DNA of 63,834 nucleotides, the filler included, from Collodictyon triciliatum (lineage: Eukaryota), in the NCBI GenBank assembly GCA_043381765.1. It is 18 parts of 18 records of this genome, joined end to end, with 100 filler letters (N's around TTAATTAATTAA, not from the genome) between each part and the next. Parts side by side here need not be neighbours in the genome. Positions count along the whole stretch, not along the records: positions 54,102 to 57,601 come from JBHJMP010007241.1; positions 57,702 to 61,200 come from JBHJMP010007242.1; positions 61,301 to 63,834 come from JBHJMP010007284.1; 15 more parts are not named here. One strand, given 5' to 3'. The notes beneath the pieces were generated by a model, which was given only the letters and a program-made list of their open reading frames with translations, made no database searches and was not told where the DNA came from. The position numbers and the translations under genes were made by a program. Positions 54,870 to 63,834 of the stretch are shown here, in pieces. How positions within the stretch are numbered: the first letter of the stretch is position 1; each line of letters opens with the position of its first letter.

Positions 54870-57352
54870 CGACCTGGCAGGAATCAACATCTAGGCTGGA
54901 AACTCCATGAGGTTGAGAGTGGCTTCTGGTCGGAGTAAGCAAAAGGAATATGTCATTAGTTTCAAGCGCAAAGCGTGGGTATTCAAGGATTTGTAAATGT
55001 TACCTCTTCAGTATTTGATATTCAATATATCGATTTGCAAAATCGAGGTCGTTTTCCTTCTGGAGCTGCTCAGATTTAAAAAACTAGACCAGAATAATCA
55101 AAGAGCATTTGAAAAAAACCTTTGAAGCAAAACTACTTAACGGCACATAAATAGATAAACCTGAGCTTCCTGGCAACGCCTTAGCAAGTATTTATTCCTC
55201 TCAATTCGTATGGCCGATTGGTTATAATCTCTGCAAGATGTTACGCAGGTAAGAGACAGCTTCCGCCAACAGAAACAAAACAAAAACATAGAACACAAAG
55301 AAAAACAAAATACAGAATACAAAAAAACAAAAAAAAATCCAAAAAATCCAAAATAAAAATGGAAACAATTTTTATTAACGCGGTCAAAAAATTAATAATA
55401 ATAAGAACAAGAAGAAGAACAAAAACAAAAACAAGAACAAGAACAAGAACAAGAAAAGGAAAAGGAAAAGGAAAAGGAAAAGGAAAAGGAAAAGGAAAAG
55501 GAAAAGGAAAAGGAAAAGGAAAAGGAAAAGGAAAAGGAAAAGGAAAAGGAAAGAAAAGAAAAGAAAAAAAGGAAAAGGAAAGGGAAAAGGATATAAAAGA
55601 AGGAGAAGGAGAAGGAAAAATAAAGAAGAAAATGGAACAAGGACATGGACAAGAATCATTTAATAAATGAGATATATTTTTCGAAGTAAAGATTTTTTTC
55701 CTTTATTCGAATTTTTCGAAGTAAAGATGAAAGGAAAATAATATCGAAAGGATTAAACATACATCTTTGTAATTTCTCCATTATTTACCGAGGGCCAGAC
55801 TCGACCGACTAATTTTGTGTTCATCGTTAAATTAGCTTGCAAATCAATAGACTACTGAAAAAAAAAGTGGAAAAAAAGGGAGCTATTTCTTCTTGTAACA
55901 TATGGGCACAACAAATCATAGGTAGAGTACGTTTGTGCAGTCCGATATTGGCAGCCATAGAAACAGAGTCCTACATGAAAAAGGTAACATGAGGCTTTCT
56001 ATACAAAAATTCATAGCTATCGAAAAATGCTGAAGATATAAAGTTACATAATGTACGTACTTCCATAATTTTATCTGTTCCCTCATCACGGCGGAGGATA
56101 TATTGCTAGTTATTATAAAACCAATATATAAAAAGATGGAGAATAATTGAGCAGGTAAAGCATACACTGGTATTAATAGGATAAAAGAGTCGTAAAATAA
56201 ACTGTTTAGATCATCATTTCGTCCAAAGGAAGTTCTATTTTCTCAAAAGATTAATTGGTGTAGGTAATATATAAGAAGAGAGAAGAAAAGAAGACCGCAT
56301 TCCCATTTCGCGTTCTTTGGCGCTGTGCGAGCCTGCTGATTAGAATTGCTTGTGCGGCATCTTTTGCATCTATAGATTGGATGCAAGAACTTTCTTCTTT
56401 GATCTATTAAAGTGGATTACTGCCTAAATTGCATCTTTTTTTTTTTGCATAAAATGATTTACAAGGTGCTCTTACAAGGATAATACAACTTGGAAATCGA
56501 TATATATAACGTGTCTTGGAGTTTTTTTTCAGTAGATAATATGCAAACGTTGTGGATTCTGTCCTGCAGTGCCTTCTCCCGAATTTTGGAGACATATAAT
56601 TGAGAAAATTGCTTGGGTTTCTTGTCTGAGGGCTTTGATATAACTATGCAGCTATGACCTGGATTATTTTGGGCCGAAAAGGGGAAGCTAAATATTTATT
56701 CCATTCGGAAGTATTTCTAAAAAAAAATAATTATGTTTGATCAATAAACTTCTGATATCAATCATTTTAATCTCTGCATATTCTCTCCATCACTTCAGTG
56801 CTCAAAATGTATTCACCCGAAGGCCATTTTTCTTCTGGACCTGTGTGCTCTTCAACTCTTGCGATCTCGCTATGTATAGTGCCGGCATCCTTGATGTTCA
56901 GAAGTAAGAAAGCCGAATGAATCGTTCGTGTCCTTGGTAATTTAAAAAGTAGTTGTACGTATGTATCATGCAACCAAGCAAAGGGTATGAAAAGACCAAA
57001 ACAAAATGATGGACATACAGCACTTCCCTGTATCTTTATTAAGTTGATGTAAGAACTCAATTAATTTTAAGTATTCTTTAACTTTCTTTAGTACCTGTTT
57101 CTAATGTATAAATCCTATTCGTAAGTACCCAAAATATCCTCTAGATTCAAAGGAGAAGCAGAAAGAAATAGGAGCAAGGGGCACATTAGAAGGAATAAAT
57201 GGATCTAAAAGAGTGTTAGAGTCCTTTATGACCTTCTCTGATTCGACTGAAGCCGCGCTTTTTCCACGAGCAAGCTCGTTTTTTCGACGTATTCGATCGA
57301 CCAAGGAAGCTGGAATCTCTGTTGAGGGAGAAAGCGACTTGCGTTTTTCCAT
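54870..57352 (-). CDS. Hypothetical multi-exon protein
   Basis: ATG-initiated exon MEKRKSLSPSTEIPASLVDRIRRK.. and further GT-AG-bounded open segments; no family recognised; 3' end uncertain. Confidence 0.45.
55676..55728 (-). mobile_element. Family 2 micro-insertion copy C with exact 18-bp TSD
   Basis: ATTTTTCGAAGTAAAGAT at 55676-55693 and 55711-55728 flanks the reverse complement of TCGAATAAAGG-A(n). Confidence 0.7.
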
Positions 57353-58114
57353 CACCCGCTAGAACATTTTTTTTTTAAAAAAAATAGTATTCATTTTCCA
57401 ATCTATATAACCTTTTCATTTTTCTCGTTTCTATTTTCATTTATTTTTTCCGTCTTTTCTGTCTTCTTTTTGGGTGTGTTGGCTGTCCGATTTTTTTTTT
57501 TTTTTGTTGATCAAGAAGGAAAACGGGATGAAATCCCCCCTTTTTTTTTTTTTTTTTTGTTTCTTTTCAACAGTTTATTGAGAGAAAACAAAGCCGAGGA
57601 ANNNNNNNNNNNNNNNNNNNNNNNNNNNNNNNNNNNNNNNNNNNNTTAATTAATTAANNNNNNNNNNNNNNNNNNNNNNNNNNNNNNNNNNNNNNNNNNN
57701 NGCATTTTTCTTTTTAATAAACACTTCAATATTTACTTTATTGACGGACTCATGAAACCATAAAAAAAAAAAACACGGTTTCATTCCCATACACGCTCTT
57801 AAAAGAGAAGTAAAACTTAATTAATGCTTCGCAAAGGGTCCATCAACACCAAAGTCAAAAGGATTGAATATATTTCGTCGCTTCAGAAATTCGATGACAT
57901 GTGATATTTTTTTCTGATTCATTTCATAGAACCTTCGTTATTATATATCTTTGGCCTTATTGACACCTCTTTTTTTTTTTTCACGGAAATTCTCACAGCG
58001 AAAACATTTAAATCCGAGCCAGCTGGTTTGTTTACTTTTAATCGTGATAGAAGTTGTAAATGCATAACCTGTGCATCCATATATTGAAACACATTGCCAT
58101 TATTCACTGGGTTT

Positions 58115-61012
58115 TAGAGAACGAGCCTCCAAAGTCCGAATCTGCTCTCTCTACAACCAATATACCTTCAGAACTCGGCCATGGCGACTCAGATTCTTCA
58201 GAAAACGATGAGAGCGAATCAACACAGGACACATCCGCCGATTTGCTATCATTGGAATTGAATGCTGCGAACACAGAAATCATATCTCCAGCATTGGAGC
58301 GTGAGGCTTACATGCACCGAAAGCAGAGTGTTAATGAGCAGTTTGGTAATCTGAGTATTTTAATGGAGCGGATAGCCAAATCCCAAAGAGACCTCACAAA
58401 AATCGTTGCAGTTCATGAAGAACCTGCTGTAGAAACATACTCTACTCAAAAAAGCTCTTACATACAACTAGAACAAAAATCTGAAGACAATCTGTTGAGT
58501 TTAGAATCACCTCTTTCTCATCTTGATGGGCCAGATGTAAGCCTATTGATATCCCAATCTGATACATCGCCAAAGAAAGTGAATAAAACTCAGGAAATGG
58601 ATGAGGCAGAAGAGACAGCAACGGCAGCGGTTGAGTCTTTGGGACAGGAAGCACCAAGTGGAATGAAAAATGAAGAACATGTCCTCCCAAAGAGCTTCAG
58701 TCTTGAGCAATCGATACTAGGTCATGAGGATTCCGTAGAGGCCAAAGGAGCCACCGAACCTGAGAGTGAATCAAAAAATACGATGCAGCCAAATGAGGAG
58801 GAAAGCAAAGATACCGGCGCAGTACCAATTGAATACTCAATCGATCTTTTACAAGACTCATCAGAAAATCTGGAGGTATAATAAAATTCCTCTTTTTCTT
58901 TATGAATGCAAGCATTGTCACATGAAAAATACGTATTGTCATTGGCTACTTCTTTCATAGGAAAAATAACTGATTAGTTTTGCTCAATCGATTTAGGAAT
59001 TGCTAAAAAGGGATATATATCGCGAAAAAATTGTCGATGAAATCATTTCCACAGAGTCCGACTACGTTCGAGACCTGCATATCATCGTGGAGGTATGACA
59101 AAAAAAAAAAGACAAGTTATTGTAATCATAGTATGGGTTTGTTATCTTTTCTTTTCTTTTCTTTTTTCATTCTATGAGCTCACGTATCGACAATTACCAG
59201 GAATTCCTAGAGCCGATTCTTGCAGAAAGTATTCTCTCCTCGACACAAATCAACGAAATTTTCGGAGATGTTCGGCCCCTTTACGACTTGCATTCAATCA
59301 TCTTTGAGTAAGCATGTGATTTTGACAGATACATGTGATTATGTCTGGTATCTATGTAATGTTGTCATTGAATTCCTACCAGCTTCATAAAGCAATTGAT
59401 TTTATTTTACAGAGAGTTTGTGAAGGACAAATACACAATTGGATACGTTATCGTGAAATATGTCGCAGCATTTAAAGTACTGCTTACAGATTATTAGCGC
59501 AGTTTTTTTTCCTCCATATATATCGTTGAATGCATATATATTCACTTTTTTGTATGCTTTCATATATAGATATACAGTACGTATTGTGCTGCATATGACA
59601 CGACTCTTGAAAATATAACGAAACTTAGGCAAACAAACTCACCCTTCAGGAAGTTCCTTCAGGTTTGAACACATGTTTTTGTTAGAAAAAAATCAATTGT
59701 TGATATTATGATTTGAGTTGCGTCATTTTCTCTGGTGTTTCTGTTTGGTGCATCCAGAAAGTTGCTACCTCCATCTCGAATGTAAAGAACGCTACTCATA
59801 GCCCAACAATTAAAATCTAGGCAGCGCTCCAAAGAGAAGCGTGTCGTGGATTGGATTTGAGCAGCTTTCTCATCAAACCTGTGCAACGAATATGCAAATA
59901 CCCGTTGCTTTTGAGAGTAAAGCAATATATTTTCGAAATCTCATATTGATTTTCCACATCCCTCATTCAATGTTGACATGAAACAGATGTGGAGACATAT
60001 TCAAGTTGACCACTTTTCACCAAATTTTGCTTCTGCTTTTGGCGATGTAATACTCCGTAAGAAAGAAAAAAATGAATTACTCTCAACGTAGGAATTACTT
60101 AAGTACACTCCGTCGGATAGTCCTGATTATTCTCAGATAGAAGAGGCTTTGCAGTTGGTCAATAAATGCGCAGCAGGTAGTCTTCATATCAACCATTATT
60201 TTTGTTTTTGTTTTACTATTTTAAAGAAAGAAAAAATAAAGCAGAGAATAGTGCAATAACACACATTCATTCATCAGCTTAGTAATTCAATTTTTAAATC
60301 GGGATTCGATGAATTATTTTTCTCTCATTTTTAGGAGTCAATCAAAGGGTCAAAGAGTTGAAAAACAACGAACGACTGTTGAGTATATCGAACCGAATAG
60401 AGGGCGGCAAAGTATGACACTCACTTCTTTTTTCTTCTTTATTCAATTCAAAGATGGTATTCACTTTTTAGTGAGATATGTCAAATTCTAGTCCTTTCGT
60501 CTCACATGAAGGAAATAATGAAATGCATATGAAATTTCAGACTATAGCCACATAATCGTTTATGATAGTATTATACGAGCGAGAAAAAAAAATATAGCCA
60601 ACTGCTTACTTGCTTTAGGCGAACCTTTTGACTCCTTCTCGAAAATTCATCACCGAGGCAACTGTTCGAAAGTACTCCCCTAAGTTTGGTTTCCAGCAAA
60701 GGGTAAATAAACGTTTTTGCTGGTGGACATGTTGATTTTTTTTAAGCTCAACTGGTCTGACTTGAAGGTTGCCCTTGTTAACCCTGTCTATTGGATTGCA
60801 ATAGCGCATCATACTGTTCAACGACCTCATTCTGCTTGTAAAGGATATGAAAAGTCACCACTATAAGGTGATTCTTCCATTTGAATTTATTCTTTTGTTG
60901 TGATGAAGTGTATATTCATGCCATAGGCACAAATTGTAGTGGAAAGAAGCTTTGACTATTCAGCAAAACTACGGGGTCAGAGAATACGATGACCCTTTCA
61001 ACGTGTTAGATG
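58115..61012 (+). CDS. Dbl-family RhoGEF (acidic disordered region + DH + PH), partial
   Basis: [74 protein letters not shown]. Confidence 0.93.
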
Positions 61013-61331
61013 GTAAAAAAAAAAAAAAAGAAGCTTAATATTGCAGATTGAAGACTTTATTCTTTCTTTTTTAATTTTATATTAGGCCTATTTGATTATC
61101 ATTCGAGCTTTTTTTTTTGTTTTAAAAAGTAAGCATACTCTTTAAAATACCTACTGGATGATGGAGCAGTTTTTAAATTGAGTGAAAGAAATCATTCGCT
61201 NNNNNNNNNNNNNNNNNNNNNNNNNNNNNNNNNNNNNNNNNNNNTTAATTAATTAANNNNNNNNNNNNNNNNNNNNNNNNNNNNNNNNNNNNNNNNNNNN
61301 AAAAAAAAAAAAAAAAAAAATAAAAAAAAAA

Positions 61332-61385
<54 letters not shown>

Positions 61386-61564
61386 TGTTTTGAAACCGAT
61401 ATTTTGGATCATCTATTTATTTACCTATTTATTATGAAAGCATGCAATGCGTTTTTTTTTTTTTGATATCTATTTGCCAAAATTAGCCATCAATGTATTT
61501 TTTTAAAAAATAAATTAATTAATTTATCCATCACTTGAAAAGAACCCCACTTCCTTCCGAATAG

Positions 61565-63717
61565 GGCACATTCTTTTGTGAGATTGACCTTGTATTGCAA
61601 GAACACGAGAAGAGTCAGCCATTTACATGTAAGTGGTCGAAAGTTATGACCATATGTGACTGCTACTATGCTCGACCTTTGGAATTTTGCTGATGTTAAA
61701 TTCTACATGCAAAATTATCAGTTCGTAGACTTGGTTGGTCTCAAAGCATTCTCAGGAGGTGTATCTCGCATCGCATCAGCTTTCAAAAGTAAACCAAATC
61801 CTGTTGCAACTAAATTTGTTTCAGGGGTAGACGATCTTCTATCACAAGGAACAGAATATCTTGAGCGAGAGAGGGGCATAGTGAACCAGCAGCTCTTAGC
61901 TTTTCGACGAGTGCTTAGTGAATTATCACAAGCAGATGAGTCAAAATCTGCAATCACTTCATCTCGTGACTCCAAGTGATTTTAAATTCAAAAATAATTT
62001 TAGAGCTAATTTACAAAGGGAAAAGGTATAACCTTAGTTTGCATGGATGGTATCAACTTATTATATTGACAGACTCACACGGTTCCTGGGCCCTCTCTTG
62101 AGTGGAAATTCAAAAACATACTTCTTAGCTACCATATCGCCTGATGAAGCCCATTATTTGGAGAGCGTCAGTGTTATAAACTTGTTGATAAGGTAGCATC
62201 CCTGAATTTCTGACAGCGAAATAATCCATTGAAGAACTTAATTGAAACTCCTTTTAATTTTATTTTTAATATCCGAGTGTTATTTAGTTATTATTTCAAC
62301 ATACAAATGCAGTCTGTTTATATCGTTAAAAAAAAAAGGTCTATGAAAATAACTACGGCATGTTCACGTCTCTTGAATATTTCTGAAGAAGACCTTGGGT
62401 TTACACATTCCCAACATGTGTTTTCATATCCAACCACCGGTAAATATCGCTACTTTTGTATACATTTTTATTTCTTCTGTAAAATATGATGATTTTTTAT
62501 TTTTATTTTTAGAGGGCCAAAATACTTTGGGTAAATGAGAATTTGTTTCCGTTCCCATATTTTATTCTTGAAAAATTGTGTAAACCAACAGAGGTGGAGT
62601 GTTTGGCAGCTTTAATCTAACCATATGTTCTTCCTTCTCCCAGTTGACCCTCATATTATCTCAAAAACAGCATCACGACCGCAATCTCCACAGGAGATTC
62701 CAAATACCCATTCTCGACTGAATCGTACATTACCAAACGCACACACCGATGACCGCCTCGACTATTCACCGATTGGAAAACGTTACGAAGAGGAAAGGGG
62801 TGTTCATAGGCTTTCCCTCAGCTCTGATCGTATCGACGGCAAGTCTGTTCGATTTTCTGACGGGGATGACAAATTCAACCGTAAAGCCCAACTCAAGAGT
62901 CAAGCCCAAACAATATTGACACAACTTGGCGAATCAGCTCATAAAGAACCAAATTTTATTGAGGGTGATGTCTCTTTTGAAGATTTATTTTCAGGAAAGA
63001 CCCCTTCACAATCCTCTTACCATTCTTTGCATGTGGGAGCAGCTAGTCACTCGAAAAAAAGTGAATATGAAAGCTTGGATACCTCATTTGTCCCCTTCGA
63101 ATATAAACCCTCCAGCCTTCCTCCTGATTTCCAAGAGGATGTACAAGTGGGACTTCAAGGTTTATTTCTTCTATGGACTGTGTTGGACATACAAAATGCC
63201 ATTTTTTTTTTTTTGCATATTTTTTCCCCCAAAAAGGAACCCTATCATGCGTCATCATGGTATTTTTCTTTTCTTTTAGATTATTGATGTGCGATTATTG
63301 AGTGTTGATCTATTCGTATCCAATATGAAAAAGCGTCACATTATTCGCTTTCATCACTTTAGTGTCTGTGTAAATTGTAAATATGTGGATTTTTTTTATC
63401 GGTTTCTTGACAAAGAGAGTATATACTAGTATAACTGAATCCCCCTTATTTTATAGGAAATTCCGCAGAATATTCAGCAAAAAACTTTGAAACAGTTTTA
63501 AATCTTCTCCAGGTTCGTTTCTTTTGCTTATAAATCGGCAAATTTGACCCAATTATAGCCCTAGAATGATAAAAGAAAGTAATAAGCGTTTCGAATTACT
63601 TACCAAATAAAAAAAATTGAACTCCAGAAAGAAAGAGGGATGAGGCAACAATGCCAATCCAAAATATCTGAGTTGGAGCAAGAAATATTGGAAATATCTA
63701 CAAGCTATGAAGTCAAA
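61565..63717 (+). CDS. Divergent kinesin-like protein (motor C-terminal half + linker + coiled coil), partial
   Basis: AHSFVRLTL..SHLH|FVDLVGLK, VNQQLLAFRRVLSELS, RDSK|LTRFLGPLLSGNSKTYFLATISP..HYLES. Confidence 0.85.
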
Positions 63718-63729
63718 GTATGTGCCCTC

Positions 63730-63834
63730 TTCTTCTTCTTCTTCTTCTTCTTCTTCTTCTTCTTCTTCTTCTTCTTCTTCTTCTTCTTCTTCTTCTTCTT
63801 CTTCTTCTTCTTCTTCTTCTTCTTCTTCTTCTTC
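63730..63834. repeat. (CTT)n microsatellite
   Basis: Directly visible. Confidence 0.95.

Overview
This is eukaryotic DNA: AT-rich, intron-rich and microsatellite-rich, probably from a flagellated protist. It is not one locus. It is 18 unlinked ~3.5 kb contigs joined by artificial ~100-nt N-TTAATTAATTAA-N spacers, so adjacency across spacers has no biological meaning. Spliced genes recognised by manual exon reconstruction: METTL2/6-type m3C tRNA methyltransferase, a Gly-Pro repeat protein, a TM RING-H2 E3 ligase, a class I cyclic-nucleotide PDE, Rab21, a pseudo-receiver protein (possible PDE N-terminus), CTF8, GTP cyclohydrolase I, a multi-IQ protein, a PGPGxY (STPG/ODF3-like) protein, a two-repeat Myb, TMEM19, a CCDC174-like protein, a bZIP factor, a DH-PH RhoGEF and a switch-II-degenerate kinesin. 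The standout is an intronless, frameshifted Fanzor1-type (eukaryotic TnpB, RNA-guided nuclease) gene at ~47.8-49.7 kb. It retains all three RuvC acidic residues and is followed by a ~220-nt multi-hairpin segment where an omega RNA is expected; no transposase is adjacent. Two families of very short, poly(A)-tailed, TSD-flanked retro-insertions are also dispersed across the contigs. All family assignments come from motif recognition by eye, no database searches were run, and exon boundaries are approximate.
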